DNA of 62,882 bases, the filler included, from Kipferlia bialata (lineage: Eukaryota): assembly GCA_003568945.1 (NCBI GenBank). It is 4 parts of 4 records of this genome, joined end to end, with 100 filler letters (N's around TTAATTAATTAA, not from the genome) between each part and the next. Parts side by side here need not be neighbours in the genome. Positions count along the whole stretch, not along the records: positions 1 to 22,215 come from BDIP01000302.1; positions 22,316 to 44,519 come from BDIP01000303.1; 2 more parts are not named here. One strand, 5' to 3'. The translations under genes were made by a program, and so were the position numbers. Each line of letters begins with the position of its first letter. Within the stretch, counting starts at the first letter, position 1. Shown piece by piece: positions 13,156 through 27,012 of the stretch. The notes under the pieces are model-generated. The model did no database searches and was not told the DNA's origin. It saw nothing but the letters and a program-made list of their open reading frames with translations.

Positions 13156-13416
13156 GCCTGGCTGGCTCCAGTGGAGAGTTCTGACCTGTCTCTGAACTTT
13201 CACTACACCCCTTCTTTACTACACCCTTAGCCAAAAAACAAGTTTTTGTGACAAAACTGTGCAGCTTCATCTCTTCACCAGTTTGGCGCTTGAGCAGGAC
13301 TCTCTCAGAGAAGCCAGGTTTTAGGCTTGGGACTACACCCGCCGACTGTTATATTCCCTGGGTGTCGGTCTGGAAATTGGCGGGGGCCCCTCGGTGCATA
13401 GTCGAGGTTGACGCCA

Positions 13417-15107
13417 ATGGATGGAGATACCGTCGACTTTGATGTCTCCAGTGACGAAGGGGAATGCCGGACAGAGCCAGCGATACTGAGCCAGGACAGT
13501 GTTCTAGGTGGTCAGAACCAGGGAGGTGAGTTTTATTGTATTAGCGGATATTATGTCTGCCGTCATTCAACTATATCTTTCCCAATATTTTGTCTGTTTA
13601 TGGATAGTTTGCTCGGGAAACCTGCCTCCACACCCCAAATACCTTCAGTATTGCACGCTCTCTCAGACATGTTGATTGTCTCACCCCCAGGCCGGCCTGA
13701 CCCCCTCGTCTCCAGGGTCTGTGTGCTTGAGGCACTGGTGCGGGACCTCTGCAACGAGATGGCTGGGCTCAAACAGACTGTCAAGGTGGGAGTGTGGGTG
13801 GATACCAGAGGGCGTTGTACCGCGTCTACCCCCCCCCCCCCTCCCCATACCCTTCTTCTCTAACCCCCAGACCCAGAGACATGATCTGAGGTCGCTGAGG
13901 AAGGAGTACAGCAGGGTGCAGGAGACACTGAGTAGGGTACAGTCGGAGAGGGCCCATGCTACCAGAGACGTGAAGGGGGCGTCAGTGGAACACATCAGCC
14001 AGAGGGGGTATAGTCAGAGAGAGAGACACCCAGGTGCCACAGGGGGCAATGCATTGAGACCGGGTGGTGCCGGTGATACCAAGGCCACTGTTGTCCCTGT
14101 GTCCCGTACCTTGATGGCCATGTCCATGGGAGGTGGGCATCCCAGGGTGGCAAGTAGGCATGGGAAGGTGGTGTCGGGGAAGAGTCAGATCCACAGGAGT
14201 CAGGCTAGCCAAGGACTCACGGTTGCTATTGGGAAGAGGGTTGTGCGAGAGAGACACCTAGACAAGGCAAAGGTGGTATCCCTTTTGGCCAAGGAGGGGA
14301 GGTGTGGGGTACGGGAGAGAGAGAGTGTCCCTACCCTTTCGACCCAGCCTGGGGACATAGACCTTGACACCTCAGACTCCATGAAGGGTGTCCCGTGTCT
14401 CTCTCTCTCACTGTCTCTGTCTCAGTCGTCGCCCCCAGGGTCACCCGAGCCACTATTGCCTGAGAGGGAGATGGAGAGGGAGAGGGAGAGGGAGAGTGTG
14501 GCTGACGGTGGTACGGGTATCCAACCCAAGCCTAACAAGACTGTCTCCAAGGGCAAGGGGAGGGGGCGCCCTACCAGGTCTCTGCAAGGGGTCACGGCTA
14601 TCGAGACTGATGACGACGGGTATGCGAGGAAGAGACCACGCCCTGCCGCACCTGTAGAGCCTGTGCCTGTGCATGCCCCTTCTGATACAGTGTCTGACCG
14701 AGAGACGGTTACTGCTGGAGTGTTGAGTCCCCGAGGAGAAGGGCTTGAGCTGTTGGATGTGAGGGAGGGTGTGTGTGCCTCACCTGGGTCAGACAGGCTA
14801 GACAGGCTGGGTGTGCTATCCCCTGTTGGGTCCCCCTCCCCCCTCACCCCTGTGCAGTACCCGACCCCTGTCCCCTTCTGCCCCTTCTCCCATGCCGTGT
14901 CCCCCTTGTCCAAGGACCCCCTCGACGCCCCAGGGCACCACAACATACCAGTGCCAGACAGGTTGGTAGTATATATATACACACATACCATACGTACTAT
15001 ACTGCGCAGTGTTTACTCACTCTAGATGGGTAGCCAAGGGGGACAGGGATGCAGGGAGGCCCTCCAAGCACCCGACAGACACAGGGGCCAGCCCTCTGTC
15101 GATGTAG
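13417..15107 (+). CDS. Hypothetical protein: N-terminal coiled coil plus disordered region, 4 exons
   Basis: ATG 13417; GT-AG introns about 13527-13690, 13786-13870 and 14962-15025; LEALVRDLCNEMAGLKQTVK|TQRHDLRSLRKEYSRVQETL; TAG 15105-15107. Confidence 0.65.
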
Positions 15108-15139
15108 CCCCTGTAACATGGTGCACTATGGCTGGGGTC

Positions 15140-15480
15140 CTCTTCATTTCTATGCTTTCTATGCTTTCTAAGCTTTCTATTGGTTTCCATCTTCCTATGG
15201 GATCCCAGCTTTCTACGCTTTCCAGAGTTTCTAGGCCTCCCACGTCTTCCCATCCTTTCTAGGCGGTCCCTTCTTCCTTGGGGATCCCAGCTTTCTACTC
15301 CCACGCTTTCTATGTGTTCCATGTTTCTTTCTAGCCCTTCGCAGCTTTCTATTGGTTCACGTCTTTCTATCCCAAGCTTTCCCTTGGCATTCGCGTCTTT
15401 CTATTGTTTCCCAGGATTTCTACGCTTACCAAGCTTACCTGGCTTTCCAGCCGTACCGTCTCTTTCTTTTTTCCTACTGT
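15140..15480. repeat. Degenerate array of a ~9-bp GCTTTCTAN-like unit
   Basis: Many recurrences of gctttcta/ctttcta/tttcca; GGGATCCCAGCTTTCTAC occurs twice; lies between convergent gene 3' ends. Confidence 0.7.
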
Positions 15481-15672
15481 CTCTATCCCATCTTTCTTCA
15501 CCGTTGAGGTGTTTTCTATGTACATAAGGTACATTGTATTAATAGACCTTTCTACCTCATTCGGTTGACCTGTGGCAATGCATGGTTCATTGTGCTGAAT
15601 GTAATCCTATGTATCACAAACAACACGATATACTAAGCCTCGTTCCACCGCAACGCCTCTCTATTGTACAAC

Positions 15673-18365
15673 CTACTCATCACTATCGTCTTCTAGCTCC
15701 GTATCAACCACCGTGGGGCCACCTCTCTTGCCAACCAGGTCACCGAAACTGGCAAACAGCCTGGCCTCTATCCGCTGCAGCTCCCCTATCGGCTTGGGGA
15801 TGCTCTGGGGGGACCTGCCTGGGGACACAGGTGCATATGCACTGACCTTTGCCCCAGGGCTAAAATGGGAGGCACCCAGCTGGGCCTTGCCAGTCAGAAT
15901 CCGGTTGAGGTTGGAGTCAATCTCGCGTATCAGCTTGGTCACACCTGGCCCAACCTCCGAGTGCCTTACCGCCCTGTGCCTTCTGTCTGTGTACCCCCCC
16001 TCCACCACGTCCATCTCCCCCTCCACCTCCTCCAGCATCTCCCCCACTATGTCCCTGGCCTCCATTGCGGCACCCATGGAGACAGCGCTGGAGGGGAAGG
16101 CAGCTACACTCTGCACATAGGAACGACTCCTGCCGCGTAGGCTCCGGACACTACCGCGTAGCTTAGAGAGGTCCCCGAGCATGGCCGCTGCCTCCCCCCT
16201 GACCCTCCTGATCTGGGCCTTGACAGCCTGCTTGGACTCAGCCGAGTGGGTGAGGGAGAGGGTGTGGCTGTGCCTGATGCTGGACAGGGCGGAGAGGTCC
16301 CCCTCATACTCTGCCACCTGTCCCTCCAGGGCCTGTACCGCATGTGCCATGTCGGCATGATGTCTCACTGACATGGCAAGGTTGCGCTCATTGGTGGCCG
16401 TGCTGGCTAGCTTGGCCTCGAGGGCCTCGTTCTCTCTCTCCATCCTAGACGAGACAGTCCTAGCGTTAGGGAAGGATGGAAGGGAGTGGATAGTGACTGT
16501 AGAGTGTGCAGGCCCCCACCTCAGAGCCCCGTATGCCTCTGACACACTAGATGCCTGGGTGATACAGGCCTGTGCCGCCAGAGAGGCATGCTTCTGCTTG
16601 GCCTGCGGTGGGAATATAGGGGATGTAAAACATATCCACAACAGATATATAAGAGTATGAATAGACCCCTACCTTGATGAGCTGTGCCTGTGTCTCTGTG
16701 AGCGTGTCCTCAGCCCCATGTAGCACATCCACACCTGAAAGGTTAGAGAGAGTGGCTGAACAGAATAGAGTAGAGACTACGTTCCAGATCTTACACAATA
16801 CTACACACCTCCCTCCGGGTCCCTCTGCAGCGTTGTCCTTGTCAGGAGGTCTCTCTCTCTGGCCTCCAGTGCATCAAACTCTGCCTGGGCCAGTTCCTCT
16901 CTCTCCTGTAGCTCCACAGCCTCCAGTCTATCTGCCAGCTCCTGTCTTGCCTGCTCACTCCTGTGCAGCAGGGCCAGTGCCTGCTTGACCTGGGCCTCCA
17001 GAGCCACATAGGCATCAGCCGTCACAGACTTCTGGAGGGCAGCTCTCTCTCTCTCCCTCTGCCGCTCCTGTCTACGGGCAGCTGCAGCCACTTCCTCCCT
17101 CTCCTGGTCTCTCTCTCTCTCCCTCTGGAGCTCTGTCTCTCTCTCCATTTCCTCATCCAGCTCAGAGTCTCCCATACCAGACCAGTCTCTCTCTCTCCTC
17201 TCCCCCTTCCCCCTCTCCCCGTGTCTGTGTGCAGGTGCCTCTCTGTCGTCTCTGAGGGAGGCCTGGTCCACAGCCTGTGTCTCATTGAAGGCTGAGATGG
17301 ACCGATATGACACCTCTCTCTCCCCTCCCCTCCCCTCTCTCTCTGTTGTGGCATCACTCTCCATACCGTCCTCCTCCCCCTCTAGCTCTTGGTCCCATGG
17401 GGGGTACTCCTCACCCCCTTCCTGTCTCTCCTCTCCCTCTCTGTCATCACCAACATCCAGGTTGGCCTCTGTGTCACTCAGCATATCTCCCTCTCCCTCC
17501 CTCTCCTCCTCACCTGCCTGTAGGACGTCAGATGGCGCCACAAAGCACAGCTGGTCACGCCTGGCAGCAATGGGAATCAGGGGTGCGTATATACCCTTCG
17601 CCCTCCCTGCCAACTCCAGTACATTGCCTGTGGAGGTGGGGAGAGAGTCATTCCCTGGGGTGAGTGGGTAGTGAAAAGGTAGTGGAGTGCAAACAACACC
17701 TATGATAATCCGACAGACGTGACTACCCACATTAATGAGCGTGTAGACAATAACATAGTCAGTACCTGTGACAATGAGTGCCCCTGCAGCCTGTGAGAGC
17801 AGGGGTACCACGAGCCGAGAGAGTACCGTGTCACGTCCTGAGGGTGAGGGAATGACAAGACCGCACATATACAAGTGTCTCACTGCATGACACACCTGTG
17901 GGTACCGACCCTGGGTGGTCCCCCATGGACCTGAGGGCTGTGGAGAGAGAGAGAGAGTGGGTCTGGGCATAGGCTGGGGGTGCCTCCCTCTGGGTGTCTC
18001 TCTCTGAGGCAGGGGGCAGGGAGGGAAGCACCTCGATCAGATGGGCAGTGGCCAGTGTGTCGTTGTCACTATCATGCAGAGATACCCTGACAAAGGAGTG
18101 AGAGTGGCCGGGGGAGGGGAGGTATCGACCCGACCTGGCTGTTAGAGTGGGTGGCACTCGAGAGAGGGAGTACGGAGGGGAGGTAGGGGGGGGGGGGTCA
18201 AACTTGAAACTATCAGTCCCCTGTGTTATACAATAGCAGACACATCGGATAGGTACCAGTAACGTATATATAGGTATCCTATGTCACCGCCTGATACCTG
18301 ACCCTATCGTCTGTCCAGTTGTCACTGAGGGAGTGGCTGTACTGCACCAGCTGTCCGGCTGTCAT
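15673..18365 (-). CDS. Coiled-coil hypothetical protein, multi-exon (5' end uncertain)
   Basis: Long ORFs 15673-16641 and 16801-17970 with E/R-rich heptad segments, linked by canonical introns; tentative start MTAGQLVQY at 18365. Confidence 0.65.
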
Positions 18366-19649
18366 CTCGTCTGGTCAGTGCACACACACGACAGCTGGGG
18401 CTGAGGGGGGAACCACACTACGCTCAGGGTCAGCAGGTGGTACATGCTCATCACCCAACTCTAAGCAGCTCACACCGACTATGACTTCTGAACACATTGA
18501 GGGCCTCCTCCTCTGTGCAGGTCACAACAGGCGTCATCGTGAGTTTTAGGAAAGGATGCAATATTCCTTCATAGTTTGTGAATATAGTAGAGTCATCTTG
18601 CATATACAATGAGTCATCTTGCTCGTTCCGGGTAGTCTTAAAATAATGATGAAATCAAGTCCTGGTTTCCTACACCCTTTTTCAGAATAGGAAGAATTCA
18701 ATTTACTATTGTAGGGATATTCCTGATTCTATACTGTCAGACTCCCTGCTTACCTGTGTTAAAGTACCTCAACTTGGGACCTTGCAATGATAGACATGTC
18801 TGGCTCAATACATAAAGTGTACAGAGCTTGACATACGGAGCTTGTATCACATACTCGCAAAAGGGGCTGGAATCCAGCAATAGTCCGACGACTGCATTCT
18901 GGTCTGGTTCAATGAAAAGAGGTCTCATGTGTGGGGCCCGTACATGCACTGTCCAGTCTAGTGACTAGAGTACACGTATGGGCACCACCCATGGGACAGG
19001 GTATATATATGTATATACTAGATCAATGAAAATGTATCAGTTAAACACTTGACTTCCTACTAAGCACATTCAGTGTTGTCAATGGTAAACGAGTGACAAC
19101 TGATGCATGGAATCGCATACAACCAGCAGGTAAAGCTATCGTTCCCAACTAAGTGCACACCAAAATCCTAGGACAACAGCAAATACCATCAACACCTCCA
19201 CCCAATGTAGTTGTTGTTATGGTGACCAGTGAAGAATACAATGCTACAAAGAAGTGCCTCCATCCTCAGCCGCAAGGAACCAGGGATGTTAAAGGCAACA
19301 AAGAGGGAACCTTGAAAATCAGCACCTAACAAGTCTCACATGTTGAGTGTGGAAAGGAAAGAACCCTAACACACCTGGACAACATGTGGACAGCACGCTC
19401 GGTCTGTGAATGAGGTCATCCTCAGTCTCCAATTGGATCACTGAGACTCCTCCCATTGCCGTCATGGTACCGGTGATACTAGAGTTGTTGTGCAGTGCAA
19501 TGGGGATAAGTTCTACGAATGGTGTCCGTCTAATGCGGCATCAGGCGCATCATCATCAGCAAGACCTTAGTATCAAGAATGGTCTCTACCGGGCTCCTCA
19601 GGACGGAGCCGGCACACTGCCCAGTGTGAGAAGCCGTGCGTCATGTTTC

Positions 19650-22207
19650 ACGTTCTGGACTGTATGGAGACAGGAACCTACATGGCACCAATTGCCATGA
19701 ATTCTCAGATGACTTCCTCCAACTGTCGATCAGCGGAGACCAACTGCCAAACAGAAGCATGATGCAGTCCATAGTTCTCTCATCATAGTCGGGTGGATAT
19801 ACCATATGGGTATGAGTCTCCGACCTCACAAGCGACAGGTGACAACCAAGGACCACGAAGGAACATGCCGAGGGAGGGGTGTCGTCTCTGTTCATCATGG
19901 CATCGATGAAACCAGAGCTGGTGTTGTCCAGGACATCATCAGGACCTTCGACGAGCATTTGGGTCATATTTGTCTGCATCGACATGCCTCTATAGCAAGA
20001 GCAGTGCAGTGATCGAGCCTGGTGCAGCTATGGTACCTGTGGGGCACTACATAGTGGAATGGCGTTGCAAACATTAGGAAGCGACGCATTTTTCCACGTT
20101 TGAGATAGAACTGGACCTGATCACTGGACTGGACAACGCCATCACTATCCCTGCTCCGTCGCATCACCGTACGTACCCTTGACGTTACGTGGTGCCCGAG
20201 ACAAGATGCATCGCACTCAACACACAAGACACAGCGCACTATTCCTCTGACATGGGCCACCACAGTACAGGATGTGGGTCCCATATTACTCTAGCCGCCT
20301 CTGCCAAGTGCAGCAATGTTTTAGTGTGCCAGAGGCATATGACAGCATGTCAAATTGTGTGTACACGGTGTACACTGACCGGCGTAAGCTATCTGACATG
20401 ATAAGTGCAGGAAGCTTAGCGGCGATGCCAACACATATCATGGAGGGATACATCCCTGAGGGACGCATTCCAACTCTCGAAACATTCGTATGCTCCTCCA
20501 GGGGCGTAAGTAGCTACCATATGTGCAGTTGGAGTTTCAGGCTGGACACTATTTTGGGTGAAATTGCGGAGCACATATGTGGGTGCCAAGACTGTGTACC
20601 TCACAGTGTCCAGTAACAGCCGGGCAGCCGTAGTCCCACTACATGATCTTTGACAGCGCCGGAGGACACAGCTGCCCTCGATGGGGCATGTACGCCATCT
20701 ACCATGTTGAACAACAGACAGAACTTGACATATTCTCTTTGGACTATGTGAAACTATCAAGTGTAACAACACTGTCCGTGTCCTAGACGTCAAAAGGTGC
20801 CCAAAGAGAGGTGCATCCCACCCAACGCAATACACAGTGCACCTACACTGTGACACGAGCAGAGAGGCGCCACCTCACCCATGTGTGTCAGAGACTACTC
20901 AAGACATAACGGCCAAGCAGTGCCCCAGTATCATGGTGTGTCAGAGGCATATGACAACAGGGTATTGTGCCACAGCCGATGGAGAGCATGTATCACGAGT
21001 GACACAAACCCCATCTCGGTGAACATTGGTGTCAGACATGTAAAATGCTGTCCACTTCCGATATACCTTCACGAGATACAACTTTGGAGGGCACAATACA
21101 CCCACAGCTGAATGAGAGAATGTATCATGGAGGGGGTTGTGTGCATGGTGCACTAATCATGCCAACAACACTGTCCCCAAAAGATGGATAAGGATGTACA
21201 CTTGGCTCCAGCCGTGCTCACAGACACTATCCGCCAGATGCACATGGAACGTTTCGCCAAGCTTCAAAGAATTCCCAGACCTTAACCTGACCAGAATATC
21301 AGGAGCCATAGGCGCAACGTTACGATATCACAGCCATCACTAGAGGAAGGAACACCCATATAGTGTCTCAGTAGTGACACCCAGCCTGACAGGAGGGCAG
21401 ACAATGTATGGAGTAGTATGACAATGGGAACCCGTGGCGACACAATGCAACTACCCCGCTGAGTCTCTGGCCAACTACATTGCCTGTCCTACACTCGTGC
21501 GTCCCAGAGTAAAGGGAACACTAACAACCCCATCCGGCGGACTCAGAAGTGATTGCAGTTTCTCATTCCCCATTCCTGTTTGACTGGCTACAATACCCAG
21601 GTCGCGTTAGCTATGATGCTGTTCGTCCCTTCTGATGTATGTATGGTGCCTCCATAGACTGGCATGGCCTGTGTCTATGAGTATGTCACGTAAGCACTTC
21701 CGGACTAGTGATCTGGTTCAAGTCCGGCCTTAGTCCAGCAATATTGGAGCCCGCCCACCCACAGGACACCACGCAAACTATCTACCACAAGAACACATCG
21801 CCGGCCAAGGATAAGAGCAGGCAGCAAGGAGAGAACACACCAAGGATGCCAGGTGTGAAGTAGTTGACACTACTGTGGTCGGTGTCAAGGCAGAGCCGCA
21901 CTGGATACCAATATGAACATGAGATCCAGATGACACTGGCAGCCACACGACGCGGTGACGTTCTTGCACGTGGACAGGATCCTGCATGTCACCAATAGCC
22001 ATGTATTCTCAGATGACAGCCCCCAACTATCCATCCGCGGAGACGAACTGTCAAATAGAGGCATGATGCAGTCCACAGTTCTCCCATCAGAGCCATCCCA
22101 TCGTGAATCGACCAGGGCACAGGTGTCTGACCACCCCAGTAGCTACAGACGAGATGTAAACGGGCCAAAGGTTGAGTGTGTTCTCTGTTAATCATCGCAT
22201 CGATGAC
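19650..22207. repeat. Decayed duplicated segments in a gene-poor region
   Basis: 19650-19915 resembles 21957-22207 (minus-strand RTMDCIMLLFGSWSPLIDSWRKSSENSW vs RTVDCIMPLFDSSSPRMDSWGLSSENTW); about 20075-20400 resembles 20685-21020 (shared gtgYCAGAGGCATATGACA). Confidence 0.65.
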
Positions 22208-22215
22208 GAATTGTA

Positions 22216-22315
22216 NNNNNNNNNNNNNNNNNNNNNNNNNNNNNNNNNNNNNNNNNNNNTTAATTAATTAANNNNNNNNNNNNNNNNNNNNNNNNNNNNN
22301 NNNNNNNNNNNNNNN
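22216..22315. other. Artificial contig linker (N44-TTAATTAATTAA-N44)
   Basis: 100-nt spacer whose core puts stops in all six frames. Confidence 0.98.
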
Positions 22316-22326
22316 TCGAGTCTATT

Positions 22327-24227
22327 ATGGGAGAGGAAGATGAGAGTCAGGAGGGGATAGTGGCAGCGTTCTGCAGGGGTATGCAGCCATGGGTGTATGA
22401 TGTTTCAGACATTCTACTTAGCAGTCCCTATTCCAGTCACGCGGTTGCTCTTGGTTACCTTTCTGTTACTGCAGAGAACCCTATCACCATCCCTAGCGTA
22501 ACTGCACTCTCTACCCTCTGTGAGCTAGCAGATGGGATGTACCCAGACAGGCCACTCTTCGACCCATATGCTTACACCCAAGAGGAGTATCTCTCTGTTG
22601 TAATCACTGCAGCAGTAAGTACACCCCTCTATATGCCTTTTTGGAGGGCTGTCTGTCGGTGTCTGGTCTCTAGGGTGTCTGAACCCTCGCCTTGCATACT
22701 GGACCTGTCTCACATCGGGAGTCTCACCTCACGTCCTGGACGGAGACGAATGACGTTGTTACTGTCTTTCCTACACAGTGTCTCTTTCACTCCATCCCTT
22801 GACTGGAGAGAAGTTGAGGTACTCTACCACCCATCTGTGCCAACTCCACTGAAAGATGTGATTAAGGCAGCATTCTCTTCGGATAAGGATCTAAACGAGG
22901 GTGTCACCTCCATCACCTTTAAGGACTGCTGTGGCCCAGAGGAGGTGTATCCCCTCATCACTGATGTCTCCATCACTCCCTACCGGATACAGATCTCCGT
23001 CCCAGGTGAGTCTTACATATGACGGTCTGAAAGAATCGAGTACCTAGATGGTTTGAATACTTCTCTCTGTCTCTATTGCTAATCTAAAGGTGTCCGGAGT
23101 AAGGTCAGTGTGATTGGCTGGGAGACAATGGTTCCAATCTCTGAGACTGAGGTACAGTGTCCTCTAGGGCTATTCAATTCACTCTGTGACAGTCATACAA
23201 TCACAAAGTACACATATTGAATTATTATATGTGTGTATACTGACAGCAGACTATATGCTCTGACCTTATCGACACAGTGCTACCGTATAGGGTTGGGCCT
23301 ATTGCACAGGACAGGCGGAGGTACAGGGAGGATAAGGGGGTGTCTGGCGGGGGTCATGTACCCTCCACTCAGAGGCGCAAGCCTGGGTGTCGTGCCCTCC
23401 CTGATCACGTCGTTGACAGTCTCGAGTACGGGGTGTGGCGTCGATCAGTAGGAGAGAGGGGGAAGATGACTCACACGTGGGAGCCAATCAAATCCCACCG
23501 AGAGGCTTGGGGTGAACCTCTCATTCTCAACGGATGTGTCCACTATCTGACCAGGAGGAGTAGTGGCGGCAACAAAACCTCTGTTCTCTCTCTAGACCTG
23601 GCAACTCATGAGTGGACAAGGCACAACCCAGTTACAAGCAGCATCGCTCCACGTACCTGGCAGCCAAGCTTTGTTATGCACGGCTGCCTGTGTGTGTTTG
23701 GTACTGACGAGTCTGATGACCGGGTGTCTGTCTGGATGTGCGATGTGTCTAGCATGGACTCAAAGGGGTTCAGGTGGCGCTGTGCGACAGAGGCACTGAT
23801 GGGGTCGGGGGGTGGCATGGCTCTGCTGCAGAGTCCCAACACTACACGCCCTGGACACAAGGAGGGATCAGTGTATGTAGAGTGTGGGGAGGACAGTTAT
23901 AGGACTCCGTATCTACTCGATGAGTCCCTGAGAGTGTCAACCATTCAGAGTGACACACTGGGGGGGCATGTGTCTGTGGGTCAGTTTGACCTACGGGCAC
24001 ACGAGTACCGCAGATACCCGCTGATTCTACACGATACTGTCAGTGGTAGGTGGTTCAGGCCCAATAACGTCCCAGACGACCTGCCGTACAACCTCCTTCC
24101 TCTAGGTCCCTACACTGTCCTAGCATATGGAGACGGACTATATCCATACCTCATTGACTTGAGTGAGTGGGTAAGGAAGGGGTGTAGGGTGTCAGCACAT
24201 CAGATTCTGCTAAGTGAGAAGGAATAG
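22327..24227 (+). CDS. Hypothetical protein with C-terminal divergent Kelch-like beta-propeller
   Basis: ORFs 22327-23005 and about 23278-24227 plus a small middle exon; blade-like motifs LNGCVHYL..VLSLDLATHEW, MHGCLCVFG..VWMCD, VGQFDL..ILHDTVSGRW. Confidence 0.6.
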
Positions 24228-24478
24228 ATAGTGCCGTGACCCAGTAGAGGTAATACACTAGAAAAACTTGGGTCTCCATGGTATGGGACCGAATGATACT
24301 ACGTCATCACACACATGACCAAACACCTCCAATACTACATTTACTCACTGGCTGACACAATTAGTGATGACTGAATATTATCACTTAGGAGATTAGATTC
24401 CCCCAAAGACAGTAAGCTTTCTACGCAAATACAGAGGGGTAACCCACACAGAGTTTGTGACAGACTATGTTAATGCAT

Positions 24479-26968
24479 CTACACAATGCTATCGTCAGGA
24501 GTAGCAGTTGTCTCCCCCTCACTCTTATCTCCCTCCATGTCTCTTTTGACCCATCCCAGCCCATACCCCAGTGCAATGGAGACTACGAACATGGCACCCA
24601 GCATGAGACCTGCAGCCATCATGATGGTGTCAGCGCCTATGATTAGAAGAATAATACTATTGCACTATATATATGTGTATCTCTGACATGATGATGCCAT
24701 GATGGTGGTAATCGGCAAAAGGTGAATTGAAACAAATCACAATACCCGGACATGATACACTTCACACTTAAGATGCAAATTAGTAGTAAGATATCATAAG
24801 ATAGAATGTGGACTAAAGCGAAGGATAAATGAGTACAATAGATATCATACTATAGAGTGTGTACTACTGGGAAGGTGGTGTTCACATCATATGGTTGTAT
24901 GTACCTAGCTCGAATGCGAACCCTGTGACGGCATAGGACACAGGCTCTAGAGCCACCCAGCAGGTCATGAGGGCACCTGGGGAGTAAGATACGCACACAT
25001 ACACACACGTATACAAACATATGTGTATACTAGCTATTCTGATTGATATTCGCCCAGCATGTCATGAGGGCCCCTAGGGGATAAGTAACAGAGTAACATA
25101 CATACGGTAAACTGTTATCAAGGACAGTCCATCGATAAGTACTCGACTCACCCATGACCTGCCCCTGGGGGTGCTGTTTTACAAATATGTAGAGTGTATA
25201 TATATGCATATGAATAGTAAACATACCCATGACCTGCCCCATGGCCATTCCAAACATATACCTATGTACTATCCATATATATATATATATAGTATATACA
25301 TAAGGTCACGTACCCATGACCTGTCCCATGGCCCCAGGTGGTGCCATTGACTGGAAGAATGTCATCACCATGGGGTTGGCAACACCGTCCAGGAAGCCCA
25401 TGATGCCTGAGGGGTGAGGTTTAGTACATAGATTAGTGACCAGCAACTGTAAGATAGATAACGGAAGGAACCATCGAGGAAGCCCATGATGCCTGAGGAG
25501 TGAGATAATGAATAGTGCAGTCTCTATCTATACAATTATTCATACTCGAAGTGAACAGATCATTGAGATTCTGTACGTGACGTACCTATCATGATTGCCA
25601 TGTATACTGTTGAATCTGCAATGCCCATGACAAAGAGACCGATGCCATACACAAAGGCCACACTGACGTTAGGGAGCATTGTGTACTACTACTAATTATT
25701 TATATGTATACGTGTCAGTCTCATGGAGAATACGGTGGGTATCTGAGGTACATACTTGACATTAATTCCAGAACACAAGCAACTCAACAGACGCATCACA
25801 GAGTCGTTCAGAAGACCTATATATAGAGGGTAAACATATATATATGTTTCAAGTATCAAATATATACATATATATAATATACTCGTACCAGAACACCAGC
25901 AGGACAACAGAGGCATCACGGAGCTTGGTGCCTGGAGTGAGAGGGTCTGTGTAAAAGTGAATCACATCACTACTCAAGACCCAAATATACACATACACAT
26001 ATATATACACGAACCACTTCATCTATGAGTACTCGGAGTGTATAGTACCGCACTTAACACATCAACAAAGTATTCAACTCTCTTAAGGGCTCCTGAATTC
26101 TCTCATATATTCCTCTCTCCATGCTCACCTGACACCATTGAGAAGAGACCCCCGGCCATTGTAGTCAGACCATACGAGGAGACCTGATGTTAACAATCAA
26201 TCAGATACGGAAGATATATATAGGACATGATTGATATATGTCAAATATGGCAACTAAAACGAAGACTACATAGAGACAGATAGTTTCAATATGACTGGGA
26301 AACACTCACCACTCTTCCATAGTCGAGAGCTGTTCCTCCCAGCTCAGACTTGATTCTGAAAGGAACACCGATGAAGAATGGACCACAGAACATGAATGTC
26401 TGGAGGGACATCACTGGGGTGAGGGTAACGAAACTATGTAGATAAGATATGGAAACTGGTGGAGGGGTATATTGCACATGAATGATTGTCTTCAATGACA
26501 TGATAGTGAAAGTAAATACACACTAGCTACCAACCTAGGAATACCAGCAGCATTGTCTTTGACTTGGCGATGAGGGCAAGTCCCGCAAAGGTGGAGGGCT
26601 TAGAGGGTGCCTCAGCATCAGCCTCTCCCTCTCCCTCTGTCTCCTTATCATCATCCTTGGCCTCTGTCTCTGTTTGTGTCTCTGGCTTGTGGATGTGCAC
26701 AAAGAGCAGGGACCCGACATGGAACACAAAGGTCAGGGCGTCGATCAGCATGGCCCAGCCAATGCCAGTCATGGTAGGGACGACCTGATGTTAGTACATA
26801 CATATCCTGCTATATTCAAATATATATAGAAAGAGAGAGAGAGAGAGAGAGAGTCAATCAGCATGGCCCAGCCAATGCCAACCATGNNNNNNNNAGAGAG
26901 AGAGAGAGTCAATCAGCATGGCCCAGCCAATGCCAACCATGGTGGGTACTACCTAGGGTAAGTGAATG

Positions 26969-27012
<44 letters not shown>

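Noticed and set aside
22216..22315. TTAATTAATTAA within N runs (also 44564 and 59815) as a biological motif
   Set aside because: Identical 100-nt all-frame-stop linkers; synteny across them is meaningless.
26833..26940. Extra echo copy next to the 7-N gap
   Set aside because: Identical to the copy across the gap, so likely an assembly overlap; not counted as evidence.
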